A stretch of DNA of 64,000 nucleotides from Octopus vulgaris (Eukaryota): contig OX597833.1 of the NCBI GenBank assembly GCA_951406725.2, forward strand, positions 62,496,001 to 62,560,000, given 5' to 3'. Positions within the stretch are counted from its first letter, which is position 1; each line of letters opens with the position of its first letter. Shown in pieces: positions 36,972-51,299 of the stretch. Position numbers and translations under genes: made by a program. The notes under the pieces are model-generated. The model saw only the letters and a program-made list of their open reading frames with translations. It ran no database searches and was not told the DNA's origin.

Positions 36972-37221
36972 TAGTAGAATAAGAAATAAAAAGCCCTTGG
37001 GTACAATATTATATATCTTTAAAAAATGAATAAGAATGGTTTTTCTGATAATTTTTCCGCTTTAGTAATTAGATCCTTTACAAATCATTAGCTGCTTAAC
37101 ACCTAATGATTTATAAATATCTGATTATTAAAGTGGAAAAATTATCAGAAAAACCAGTCTTATTCATTTTTTCACAATATATAATATTGTACACAGGGGC
37201 TTTTTATTTCTTATTCTACTA
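36972..37221. repeat. Long imperfect inverted repeat, arms about 120 bp
   Basis: tagtagaataagaaataaaaagccc...aaatcattag / ctaatgattt...gggctttttatttcttattctacta, loop about 11 nt. Confidence 0.85.
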
Positions 37222-37255
37222 CATATACATATATATATATTTACACACACACACG

Positions 37256-37299
<44 letters not shown>

Positions 37300-37722
37300 G
37301 GTATGTATACGAATGTTCATTCACACATACTCTTTTTTATTCTTTTTACTTGTTTCAGTCATTTGACTGTGGCCATGCTGGAGCACCGCCTTTAATCGAG
37401 CAACTCGACCCCGGGACTTATTCTTTGTAAGCCCAGTACTTATTCTATCGGTCTGTTTTGCCGAACCGCTAAGTGACGGGGACATAAACACACCAGCATC
37501 GGTTGTCAAGCAATGCTAGGGGGACAAACACAGACACACATACATATATATATATATATATATGACGGGCTTCTTTCAGTTTCCGTCTTCCAAATCCACT
37601 CACAAGGCATTGGTCGGCCCGGGCTATAGCAGAAGACACTTGCCCAAGATGTCCCGCAGTGGGACTGAACCCGGAACCGTGTGGTTGGTTAGCAAGCTAC
37701 TTACCACACAGCCACTCCTGCA

Positions 37723-37755
<33 letters not shown>

Positions 37756-38174
37756 CCGTCCAACCCATGCTAGCATGGAGAACGGACGTTAAACGATGAT
37801 ATATGTATATATGTATGCATGTGTGTGTGTGTGTGTATATACAAATGTTCTTTCACACATATATATGAGAAACAAGTTATATATACAAAAACAAAACCTC
37901 TCTATTGTTCTCTTGTCGACAAAATCATTTTTGGCTTTCCACAAGACAACCACTTCATATAAGGACAGAAACGAAATTTGCTTAAGGGGGTGCAAACCTG
38001 GTTCTTCAGGAATATGTTCAAAGTATTTTCATTGCCCCACCCACAAAGAAAATAATTTTAGAGGGTACGTTTGAACCCCCTGTTCCTGAGCCCATGTCAA
38101 TAATATCATCAAAGCATCCACGACCACAACCACCAATAACAAGGTAACAGATTCTTACACCTCAGATTCGGAAA

Positions 38175-38930
38175 TCATCATCATCATTGTTTAAAGTCCG
38201 TTTTCCATGCTGGCATGGGTTGGACAGTTTGACTGGGGACTGGCAAGCCAGGAGGCTGCACCTCGCTCCAATCTGATCAGGCAATGTTTCTACAGTTGGA
38301 TCCCCTTCCTAACGCCAACCACTCCGAGTGTGTAGTGGGTGCGTTTTATGTGCCACCAGCACGGAAGCCAGTCAGACAGCACTGGCCACGTTCAGATAGT
38401 GCTTTTTACGTGCCACCGGCACAGGAGATATTTGGAGCGGGGGGGGGGGGGCTGGCTGGCATTGGCCACATTTAGATGGTGCTTTTTACATTCTACTGGC
38501 ACAGGGAACCAGTCAGGTGGCACTGGCAACAACCCATGCATGAATGGTGCTTATTGTGTGCGATCAGCACGGGAGCCAGTCAGGCAGCACTGGCCACATT
38601 CAGATGGTGCATTTTATGTGCCACTAGCACAGGAGACATTTGGGGTGGGGGGTGGGGGGCTGGCATTGGCCACATTCAGACAGTGCTTTTTACATGCCAC
38701 TGCCAGAGGGAACCAGTGAGGTGGCACTGGCAAGAACCCATGCATGAATGGTGCTCATGATGTGCCATCAGCACGGGAGCCAGTCAGGCGGAACTGGTAT
38801 CAGCCACAACTACAATTTCCATTTTTGATTTTGATTTGAGATTTTGGTTTTGATTTTTGATTTTACTTGACTCAATAGGTCTCCTCAAAGCATGGCGTGT
38901 CGCCCAACAATTCAAAAGCTACTTTTAAAT
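38175..38930 (-). mobile_element. Same retroposon family with a higher-order (three unit types) internal array
   Basis: Units alternate: ...gccagtcag.cagcactggccac / ...caggaga.atttgg.g(G)n / ...agggaaccagt.aggtggcactggcaa.aacccatgcatgaatgg. The set repeats twice with a period of about 240 bp. Confidence 0.75.
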
Positions 38931-38931
38931 G

Positions 38932-39468
38932 AGTTCTGAGTTCAAATTACGCCGAGGTCGACTTTGCCTTTCATCCTTTCAAGGTCGATAAATTAGGTAC
39001 CAGTTATGCACTGAGGTCAATGTAATCGACTTAATACCTTTGTCTGTCCTTGTTTGTCCCCTCTATGTTTAACTCCTTGTGGGTAGTAAAGAAATAGGTA
39101 TTTGGTCAGTCGTTACATTCTGAGTTCAAATTACGCCGAGGTCGACTTTGCCTTTCATCCTTTCAAGGTCGATAAATTAGGTACCAGTTATGCACTAGGG
39201 TCGATGTAATCGACTTAATACCTTTGTCTGTCCCTGTTTGTCCCCTCTATGTTTAGCTCCTTGTGGATAGTAAAGAAATAGGTATTTGGTCAGTCGTTAC
39301 ATTCTGAGTTCAAATTCCGCCAAGATCAACTTTGCCTTTCATCCTTTCAGGGTCGATAAATTAAGTACCAGTTACGAACTGGGGTCGATGTAATCGACTT
39401 AATACCTTTGTCTGTCCTTGTTTGTCCCCCTCTATGTTTAGCCCCTTGAGGGTAATAAAGAAATAGGT
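38932..39468 (+). mobile_element. Nin-like SINE body trimer
   Basis: Three ~183-bp tandem units, flanked by the direct repeat tac(t)ntaaatga. Confidence 0.8.
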
Positions 39469-40824
39469 ACTTTTTAAATGAATACACAAACGATAACACA
39501 AGTTAGTATTGAACTTAGAAACTAAAATACAAATATAAACAGTTTTACTTACCAACTGCCTTTAAGACTAAACGTGCATACATACTCACATATACACATA
39601 AAAAAAGAAAACAGAAACAATAAATGTATAAATAAAACCAACTATTACATATATATATCAGTTAAGTTCTTTATTATTATGATTGTTTGTTTTTTTATTT
39701 TTTTTAAGAATATTCTTGAGAGATGTACATTGGCAAAAAAAAAAAGTGTTAAGACAAAAAAACCTAGATTTACAAAGTGAAAAGTGAAAATATATTAGCA
39801 GAGGACTAACGGTTTCCAAACTTGTTAATCAAATGATCTTTGCTTTTTTTTTATTATTTATTTATATATATATATATATATTTATTAAATTTATTAAATT
39901 TCCTCATTAGACAAACAAACATTTGTTAAGACAAGAAATTAACAGACAAAATTTATACCAATTAGATATTTATCTATATTTTTTTTTGAAATTTTTTCTT
40001 TTTTTCGTTTTTTTTTGGGTGTTTTTTTTTTGTGTCCTTTTTTTAATTTTTTATTGAGAACTAGGCAAATAATGGTTTATTTTTTTAAATTTTTTTAGTT
40101 GAGGCATTGCAGACTGAAATTTTCTGGACAAGCTGATAGATAGATAGATAGATAGATAGATAGTCAGACAGACAGACAGATAGATAGATAGATAGATAGA
40201 TAGAAAAAGAAATATTCTTAGTCACTCAACACATACATAAACACATGCATACCGACATATATACACAAGTTATGAGTTGAATATTTTCTCTCAGACGTAT
40301 ATAAACATTCAGAAATTATCCAAGTTTCTCAAAGAGATTTTTCTTCTTTTTTTTCTCCACAAAGATAAACATACATTAAGAGTTTATATCTGCCTATAAT
40401 TAAAAACTTGCAGAAGAAGAAGATGAAGTAAAGGAAGTTGAGGGGCAGAGGGGGGTCACTTTGAAGCCATATTTCTTTTTTGTTTTTTTTTTAATAGTCT
40501 TTTCTTACAATATTTTTTTTCCCAATTTACAAACAAAACAATAAAAAAATAAATTAAAAAGAAGTGAAAAGTTTGAACAATTATATTTTTTATTATGTAT
40601 ATATATATATAATTATAATTAATGATACAGAGAGGAAAACAAAAACCAAAAAAAAATAATAATAAAATACCATAGAAGTGACAGCAGAAACAAATTGTGC
40701 CAACTTAATGTATTCAATCAGCAAAATTCAGGACATTTATTCAAAAGAATTTATATCAGGACCACCTTGGAAAGCAATGGCTTACATTAATACACATAGG
40801 TTTGTGTGCGCATATATACACACA

Positions 40825-40856
<32 letters not shown>

Positions 40857-40962
40857 ATGAATATTAATATTATATAATGTATAAACATACACAAAAAATA
40901 TATATATATATATATACATACACAGCAGATACTATATATATATCTATCTGTGTGAGTGTGTG

Positions 40963-41015
<53 letters not shown>

Positions 41016-42047
41016 ATGTATGTATACAAAGAAACATGTATATGATGCACGAACACTTATTTCTTTTACTGCCCACAAGGGGCTAAACACAGAGGGGACA
41101 AACAAGGACAGACAAATGGATTAAGTCGATTATATCAATCCCAGTGTGTAACTGGTACTTATTTAATCGACCCTGAAAGGATGAAAGGCAAAGTCGACCT
41201 CGGCGGAATTTGAACTCAGAACGTAAGCGGCAGACGAAATACTGCCAAGCATTTCGCCCGGCGTTCTAACGATTCTGCCAGCCCACCGCCATATGATGCA
41301 CACACACTTCACACAGAGGCAGACACATATATATATATATAGAGACATGCACATACATGCATGTATGTACATAAAATAGAAAACTCTGTCAGAGAGAGAG
41401 AGAGAGAGAGCTGCTGAGAATGTTGCCCGCCATGCGTATGGAATAGAAGAGAGAAGACGGATGAAAGAGAGGAAAGAAAGACGCATACACACGCACACAT
41501 ATAAAAGTCAACCCGCAACTAGTAGAAAACTAAGTACTAGTTTCTCTTTCTCAACATCTGCAAAGGAATCCATCCGCTGCAGACGTAACTATGGCAACCC
41601 AGTTCTTTATATGTGCTCTATGTCAGTCAGTAAAATAGATAAGATAGGTAGGTAGCTATATGGATATATATACACACGCACACACACACATATATATATA
41701 TACATTAGTACACATACATGTGTGTGTGTGTATGTATGCATATATATATATATATAGATATGTATATATATATATATATGCATGTATATATATGCATGTA
41801 TATATATGCATATATAGATATGTATATGCATATATATATATATGCATATATGTATATGCATATATTGATATATATATGCATATGCAGATATATATTTATG
41901 CATATGTATATATGCATATATATATATGCATATATTGATATATACATATGCATATGTATATATGAATATATGTATATGCATATATATGCATATATATATA
42001 TGCATATATATATATATGTTATGTATATATGCATATATATATGTATG

Positions 42048-42078
<31 letters not shown>

Positions 42079-42963
42079 ATATACACACACACATATATAT
42101 ATATACACATACATATACAGATAGATAGATAGACAGCTATAAAAGCAGTTTGGTATAAATATGTATTTAGTATTGAAAGTATCCAAAATAACAGAGTTTA
42201 GCTGTTAGCTTGAAAATGTTCTTTGCAATTGGGGGGGGGGAGAAGGAAAAAAAAACACAAAACAAAGACTGGATCGACTTGTGAAATTGTAGCAACAACA
42301 GCTCTGAGATGATCCACGTTTGACGTCAATCCTATTTGAAACCTTATCTTTTAAGTTCATTAAGAGGGCTTGATGGGGGAAAGGGGGAGCGTCAAGAAAC
42401 AAGGCGGGAGGAGAGCGCTAAGCAAGAAGCCACAATCTCGTTTATTTAGGCATTGTTGTTAATGAAAGGAGAGTTTTTCCTGCGAGAAGAAGCTCAGCAA
42501 AAATTTTTAAATACTGTTTCATTCGATTGTAGAAATGAAAATTTTAAAACGAGTCACGCAAAAAACACATTATTTATTTAATCATAGATTTATTTATTCA
42601 TGTTCACAGATGAAGCGTTAAAAGACACAAACACAAATAAAAAAAAAAATGAAAATAAAAACAGAAAAAAAAAACAAAAAATCAATGACATGTAGACAAA
42701 CATTTGTGAAAAAAAAAAAAAAACACAATTCAAATGAAATATAAACGACAACAAAAAAAAAAACGAAAAAAATACTAAAATTAAGAAAACAAACTTACGT
42801 TTTACAAAGATGAGAAATGCTAAAAAGAAAATCTATCAAAGGATGAAAAATGTAAGAAAAAGGAAAAAAAAAATGTTATAAAAATGAATGAAATGAAAAT
42901 GCATTAGCCCCACTACCATGTATTAAGATAAAAAGAAAACAACTTGTATATATATGTGAGTGT

Positions 42964-43008
<45 letters not shown>

Positions 43009-43048
43009 ATTGAAAGAAAAATAGATGAGAAAGGAATAAACGATTATC

Positions 43049-43116
43049 TTATAGGCTCTGATGAAGCAATAAGGTGTTCCCTGCATGACGTAGCAGAAAC
43101 AGCTGTAAGCTTATGA
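43049..43116 (+). ncRNA. Minimal type I hammerhead ribozyme motif
   Basis: ttataggct-CTGATGA-agc...gca-GAAA-CAGCT-GTA-agcttatga. Stem I pairs over 9 bp including GU pairs, stem III is palindromic (ACAGCTGT), stem II is weak. Confidence 0.6.
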
Positions 43117-44781
43117 ATATCATAATTCCCTATTCCTTCGTCATCTATTTTTCTTATTTACTGCTCTGTACTCAACTAATGCTTCGCTCAGAAGCACACA
43201 CATCCTGAGTTCTAACGCCAGGTTATTTGTATCACAATGCCTAAGCAGTATATATATATATATATCTATATATATATATCCTTTAAGTTCATGTACGGGA
43301 AGCGTTTTTGCGTACACACATAAAAGTTCCCATGTTATTATTTCAGCTACAGCCCGATGATTCCAACTTCCAATAGCGGCTTTTGGATATCGAACCAAGC
43401 TGTGCTGATATAACATATGATAAATATAGTAGTAGTAATAATAATAATAATGAAAATAACCCATGGATGCAATTTATAAATATTTTAATTAAAATATTTA
43501 TCAATTCCATCCATGAATTATTATTATCATTACTATATATATATATATATATATATATGATTGATTCTAGTTTCAGCTCATGAGCTGTGGCCATGCTGGG
43601 GCACCGCCATATATATACATGCAAGTGCATGTATATAAATGTATGTATATATGTAATTGGTACAGAGCTAGAAATTTCAGAGAGACGATGGGGAAGAGAA
43701 GGAAAAAATTCAATTTTACAGACACCCCCCCCACCCGCTCCTCAACTGGTATTTTTCTTTTATCGCATTCCTTGAGGGACAAAATGCAAAGTCGACTAAC
43801 CTTGGCGAAATCTGAACAAACACCATAATAGAGGTGTTTTGTCCTACGCCCCAATCACACTTGCTGGTTCACCGATCCTGATAGTAATAATAGTGGTTTT
43901 AAATTTTGGGGGAGGGGTCATGTTGATCACATTGACAACCCCTCTTCCCCTAGCGCTCAAAGTGTACCTATTTTTATTGACCCCCCACCCCTAAAAGAAT
44001 GGAAGGTAAGTTGGCCCTAATGGAATTTGAACTCAGAATGTAAAGATTTTGCCTGGTGTGCTAACAATTCCGCCAACTTGCTGCCTATAATAATAACAAT
44101 AATAATAACCCTTTCTACTATAGGCACAAGGCCTGGAATTTTAGGGAGGGGTATAGTTGATAACATCGATTCTTATACTCAACTGGTTCTTATTTTATCA
44201 ACCCTGAAAGGAAAAAAACAAAGCTGACCCTGGTAGTATTTGAACTCAGAACACGAAGACAGATGAAATACCGCTAAGCATTCCACCCAATCTGCTAATG
44301 GTTCTGCCATCTTGCTGCCTTTATAATTACGATAATAATAATACTTTCTACGGGAAGCACAAGGCTTCAAATTTGGGGGAAGGGATTAAGTTGATTACAT
44401 CGACCCCAGTGCATAACTGGTACTTATTTCATCGACTCTGAAAGGATGAAAGGCAAAGTCAACCTCAGCAGAATTTGAACTCAGAATGCTAAGCATTCTG
44501 CCTGGCGTGCTAATGATTCTGCCATCTTGCTGCATAATTCTTTATAATTTTCGGGCACAAGGTCAGCAGCTTTAGTAAAGAGGGGCTAAGTCAATTATAC
44601 TGATCCCAATATTTGACTGGTATTTATTTTATCGACCCTGAAAGGTTGATAAGCTAAGTTGACCACGGCAGAATTTGAACTCAGAACTACTGTTTTAGAA
44701 GAAATACCAAGCACTTTGACGGATGCACTAAAGCTTCTGTCAGTTTACTTCCTGAATACTAATAATAATAATACTGATACG

Positions 44782-45060
44782 AAGGTTGTGGTCAATGAAG
44801 AGAGTAGATGTGATACCAATAGTAATTGGTGCACTTGGAAGTATCAGCACTCAATTATCAACATGGCCGCAGAAGATCCGGTGCAAGTGTGAAGGTAGAA
44901 CACCTACAAAAATCAAGCATTGCTTGGAACTGCAAGAATTCTTCGCAGGGTTCTTGAAGCATGACCAGTAAACAAATGTCACCTTAGTCTGCTGGCCGTG
45001 GACAGCTGACACTTTCCATCATACCCAGCAATATAAGGTATGAGTTTTAAAACAATAATG
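44782..45060 (+). mobile_element. R4/Dong-like LINE 3' end fragment
   Basis: LWSMKRVDVIPIVIGALGSI..., then after frameshifts ALLGTARILRRVLEA*. Preceded by (AAT)n. Confidence 0.75.
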
Positions 45061-45660
45061 CTTGAAAAAAAAAAAGAGTGTTTCAAATAAGGAAGAGCGG
45101 GGGGTGGGGTAGATACAAAAGAGGAAAAAATGTAATTTCCAGAGAACATCCAAAGAATTAAAATGAAAGAATACAATAAAATTTAGAATCTGTAACTGGT
45201 ACAGCTGTACAACAAACTATTCTTAGAACTGAAAAGGATTGTAATAATACGAATGGTTTCAAATTTTGGCACAAGGCCAGCAAGTCTGAGGGAGGGGGGG
45301 TCAAGTTGATAACATTGACCCCCAGTGCTGAACTGGTCCTTGTTTTATCGACCCCCAAAAGGATGAAGAACAAAGTCAATCTTGGCAAAATTTGAACCCA
45401 GAACATAAAAGAGAGATGAAATACTGCTAAGCATCTTGCCCGGTTTGCTAACAGTTCTGCTTGCAGGCTTGATGAGGATGAGGAGGATGATAACAATGAC
45501 GGATTTCTTTGTTTTTAACCCTCTTCTAACTTTCCAGAGTAGAAGTATGAGTATAACCAATCACATAAGGCTCCATTATGCTGTCTGGCCTAAAACAAAA
45601 AAAAAACCTTAATTTGACCAAGGCAGTACTTTTAACCCAAAACAGCAGGATTTGAGCCAA

Positions 45661-45777
45661 TGGACAGTAAATTTCAGATCTTCTAAAGGGGATGGACAGT
45701 GAATTTCAGATCTTCTAACAGGGACAAACAGTAAATTTCAGATCTTCTAACGGGGATGGACAGTAAATTTCAGATCC
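45661..45777. repeat. 32-bp tandem repeat, about 3.6 copies
   Basis: Unit tggacagtaaatttcagatcttctaacgggga. Confidence 0.85.
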
Positions 45778-46289
45778 ATTAAGGTAAATCAATCTGTCAC
45801 AGCACTAGGTTTGGCAAGGCATCCATTCTAATAGGGATTTTTTACCATTCTAATTATTATTATGATGATGATGATGATGATGATATTAATGCTGATTCTG
45901 TTTGACACGGCACAAAGCCAAACTTTTAAAAAGGAAAGAAATGTAGTGATGCTTATGGCATATTTGAAGTGGAATAGTTTCAAGATAGAACCGAAACTTT
46001 ACAAGTTCTCTTTTCGAGAGAGTTTTTCTCTGTACCACCTGCCTTAAAATGATAATAATAATAACAACAACAACGATAATAATAATAATGATTTCTAACA
46101 GAGGCACAAGGCCACGCACTTTGGGAGACGGGCAGTAGGTTGAGCGAGTCATCCCCAATACCTGACAGGTACTTTTATCTTATAGGTATGAAAACCCAAA
46201 TTAACTATGGCAGAATTTAAATTCAATAACACACCTGATGAATGTGGAGTTGCATGGTGCTTGATAACATGAGGATGATGATGATGATC

Positions 46290-46330
<41 letters not shown>

Positions 46331-47636
46331 CATGACGGGATAAAACTAATTCTATGAATTTAGGATCTAATGTGTTTGTGTTAAGCCTGTCAAATGACCG
46401 ACAGTTGTCAGAATGACATATCTAAATGGGATGTTGATACAGTTTGTTGTAAAATACAAAAATGTGAATGAAAACAGATGAAAGAAAAAAGAAAACCCAA
46501 CAAAAGCAGATACACTAACTCCTTTCTCCTGCTTGTGAAAACAACAGCAGCAGCAACAACATCAACAACAACGTTTCTATCATATGAAGTCGAAGAAGAA
46601 CAGGAAAAACCATGTACAAAAAAAGGCAAAACAAAAACAAGTCTTTTGAGGAATGTCAGTTTGTCCTCATAGGATGCTGAGATGGAGAAAAGAATATTAA
46701 TTCTCTTAGCAGTGGTGGTGGTTGAGGGACGGGGTCAGTCACTAGGCTATGGCCATGCTGGGACACCTCTTCCAGGATCAGTTGTTCAAACTGATCCCAG
46801 CAATCATTTCCGTCTTGTAGTTACACACACACACACACAACAGAATTCTGTATGATTTCTACCTACCAAATTCCAGTGGCAAAGGCACTGTCTTACATGG
46901 TACCACAGTTAAAGAAAAAAAGCAAAAAAAAAAAAAAAACCCCATGGTACTGTGCAGTGGTACAGAAACCAGAACCACATGTGTCATAAAGTGAAGTGCC
47001 TAACCACTGGGCTGTGCCTGTATTGAAAACATTGAAGACATCATGGTGAAACCTCGGCTGACAACTGAGAAAATGTGGCAAGGAACTCCACAGGATAAGT
47101 ATTTCAATGTTTATTATTATTATTATTATTATCATTAATCATTATTCATTGTATACTTGGCATTGTTCAACACCCCACTTTCCCCTTGTATTGTACTGTC
47201 CCTATCTGTTTTGTGTTCGGCCCCTGTGGCCAATAAAGAAATCATCATTATTATTATTATTATTATTATTATATTTCTCTTCTGTTACTCATATTCTTCC
47301 AATCATACTCAGTGTAGATTCCTATCATCTCCGCAACCAGGATGTAAAATAGAGCTAAGGTCACTGCACTTGTTTCGTTAAGCCTTCGAAATAATTAATA
47401 ATTATTATCATTATCGTTATTATCATCATTATTAGTTGTATTTAATAATGCGATACTTTTCACATATGAAATTAATAAACCTTAATCTAAAAAAAACTAA
47501 TTCAACTGTACAACAATTGTCGTCGGCGGCGGCAGCGGTATCCGTCTGTCTCGAGAGACGATGGTGTAGCTCGGAAACTGTTGAGCTACAAGGCCTGGGC
47601 AGGTTTGTATGAGGGATCAACTGTTGCCCATCCAGT

Positions 47637-48081
47637 TATGTTTGTATATATGTTTGTATATATATATGTTTGTATATATGTGTATATATATTTGTTTGTG
47701 TATATATGTTATTATATATATATGTGTATATATATATATTTGTTTGTGTATATATGTTATTATATATATGTGTATATATATATATATATATATGTTTGTA
47801 TATATATGTGTATATATATATGTTTCTATATATGTGTATATATGTTATTATATATATATATGTGTATATATGTTGTTATATATATGTGTATATATATATG
47901 TTTGTGTATATATGTTATTATAATGTTTGTATATATGTGTTTGTGTATATATATTTGTTTGTGTATATATGTTGTTATATATATATGTGTATATATATAT
48001 ATATTTGTTTGTGTATATATGTTGTTATATATATATGTGTATATATATATATATATTTGTTTGTGTATATATGTTGTTATA

Positions 48082-48125
<44 letters not shown>

Positions 48126-48140
48126 TGTATATATATATCT
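47637..48140. repeat. AT-rich compound minisatellite
   Basis: Recurring tttgtgtatatatgttgttatatatatgtgtatata. Confidence 0.8.
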
Positions 48141-48913
48141 GTTTCAAAGGCTGTCATAGCCGGGAGGAGTGGTAGCAGGGATAAGCTTCCACTGCCTACA
48201 AGGTGTACAACAAGCAAGCAAATGAAAACTATATACATAAACCATCTCACTTGTTAGCCGCTTTTCATCCATAAATATTTTTCTCCAAACACATTACAGG
48301 GGCCATCCACCCTACCTTCTGCCTGGACCGCCACATTATCACCCCCCGTGCAATTACACTTGTTTCATCTCCACCCCCTACTACTATGCTCCTGCAGGCT
48401 ACCCAAACATCATCATCTCCATTCTCCCCTCTGTCAAGGGTATCGCTGCTACCCTACAACTAGTATCCTTGTAGCCCCACCCCACCCCACAGCCCTCACA
48501 CTACTACCTGGCCACCTCATCACTACTGTCCATCTTCTGGGAGATATCTTTTAATTCATTCTCACTCTCTCTCTCCCCTAAATACGAGTAGCCATTGTCG
48601 CTCCTCTACAACAAGAACCTGCTGTACTTTAATCTCTTCCCTTAACCCATTCCCAACCTCCAACATACGGGTGCAAAATACCCTTTCCTTGTGTTTGTTG
48701 ACTTGCAAGCTACATGGCTGGTGACCCCCCCAAAAAAATAAAATTAAAAAAAAAAAAACGGGGCACCCAGTTCACACTATAAAGTGGTTTGGCATCAGGA
48801 AGGGCACCTAGTCAGAGAAACCATACCAAAGCACAGACACTGGAGCATGAGACAGTCCTTGGACCCTTTACATCCAGTCAAACCATCCAACACATGCAAG
48901 CATGGAACATGGA

Positions 48914-48955
<42 letters not shown>

Positions 48956-49078
48956 TATTTTTATATAAGCTTAAAGTTATGGCAATCACCATGCAATGAC
49001 TAAGGAAAATAGCCTAATAAACGGGCATATAAGCCCTCGACAGAAAAAAGGCTTTCCTATCCATACTGAAAGCATATG

Positions 49079-49168
<90 letters not shown>

Positions 49169-50751
49169 AAGAGACTGAGATTCATTTCCAAGTTGTTGAG
49201 TTGTTCTGTTGATACACCTGTTCAGTGAGATTATGCACCTGAGAAATTTGGAGAAGCTATCTCCAATAAATATTCAAACAGCTTTTCTACATGTACTGGG
49301 CACGTTTCCTTGCATTTGTACACCCCCAAAACATATATCTACCTATCAACCATGTGATGCTTACATCATATACGTACGATACATATATGTATTTATGAAG
49401 ACAAGTCTAATGTTACATTTCAACTAATTAAAGATAATGAGGTTTATTAGCAAATGTAATTTACACATATTGTTAATATTCAGCATAATTTATTGTCTAC
49501 ACTTGGTAAACACTCAAAGTAAATGGGGTGGAATATGAAAGGGGTGAGGTGAGGGAAGATCATGGGCTTTTTTCCAATATGAGCATTAATAATAATAATA
49601 ATAATGGTCTCAAATTTTGCCACAAGGGTAGCCATTTGGGGGTGGGGGGAGAAGATAAGTTGATTACATCGACCCAAGTGGTCAACTGGTACTTAATTCA
49701 TCAACTCCAAAAGGATGAAAGCAAAGTTGACCTTGGTAGAATCTGAACTCACAATGTAGCAGCAGATGAAATGCCGCTAAGCATTTCGCCCAGTGTAATA
49801 ATCCTTTCTACCATAGGCACAAGGCTGGAAATTTGGGGGATGGGGGACAATCAATTACATTGACCCACTACTTAAGTTATCGACCCAGAAAGGATGAAAA
49901 GCAAAGTCAACTCCTGCAGAATTTGAACTCAGAACGTAGCAGCAGACAAAATACCGCTAAGCATTTCGCCCAGCGTTCTAATGATTCCGCCAGCTCACCG
50001 AGTTGTCAGAATCGTTGGCATGCTTAGTGGTATTTCTTCTGTCTTGACATTTCGAGTTCAAATTCTGCTGAGGCCAACTTTGCCCTTCATCCTTTCGGGG
50101 TCGATAAAATAAAGTACCAGTTGTGTACAGGGGTCGATGGTAATTGATTTATTACCCCTTCCCTCAACTTATTGACCCTGTGTCATTACAAAACTTTTAG
50201 GAACAGCAAACATTCTGCAGAAAGCACCGTCTATCTGAGGTTATATAACTTGATAAGAGAAGGGAATCAATTATACAATCCAGTGTTAACAAGACTGTTA
50301 CTGTGCAAATGAAAGAACAACAACAACAACAATAATAATAATAATGATGATGATGGTGGTTTCTGATTTAGCAATTTTGATGGGAAGGGTTCAGTTAATA
50401 CCATTCACTCCAGGATTAGACTGGTACTTTGACCATATCAGTCTAGGAAGGACAAACAGCAGAGCTCACCTTGGCAGGAATGTGAAAAGCCCTAACTAAG
50501 CATCATAAAACACTTCAAATGATTCTCTCCGTCCTTTGCCCTAGGGATTTCAAACAAAAGGAGCGTGTATGTGTATGTGTGTTAGAGATGAATAAATCAA
50601 TCCCAGCACTCGACTGCTAATTACGCTGACCTCAGAAATATGAAAGGCTAAGTTCACCTCGGCAAGACTTGAAATTCAAAATATCAACAGAAGCAATTAA
50701 ATACTGAAAGGTGTTTTGTCTGACACTATAATTCTTGCAAACCATCATCCA

Positions 50752-50792
<41 letters not shown>

Positions 50793-51299
50793 TGAGGATG
50801 ATGACTCTCCGCCGACAGAGGCGAAAGGCCATAAATTTAAGGGAGGGAAAAGTTGATTAAATTAAATCCAATACTTCACTTCCACATATTTTTATTGGTC
50901 CCACAGGGATGGCGAAGGGCAAAAGTCAACATCAGCAAAATCTGAACCCAGAACATAAAGGAACAAGACTAAGTATGGCAAAGCATTTTGCTAATACATC
51001 AATTGATTTAGGCAACCCGATGCTCTCAACAACTGAAGGCTGTTTAAGTATAATGCCACATGACCACACACACACATACACACACATATATATATTTAAC
51101 ACAAAGAAAGTTCTTTGAATAACTGAAGTCTCCAAGAAGCTGGTATTTTACCCAAAGTAGTCAAAGGAGTTGGAACAAAGAAGGAAATTAACCAGAAACA
51201 GAAAATTGTACCTTCAGCATCCCTTAAGTTGGCAGTCTTTGGTTATTATAAAGTTCAACAATTCTGGAGATTGTGTGTGTGTGTGTGTGTGTGTTATAA

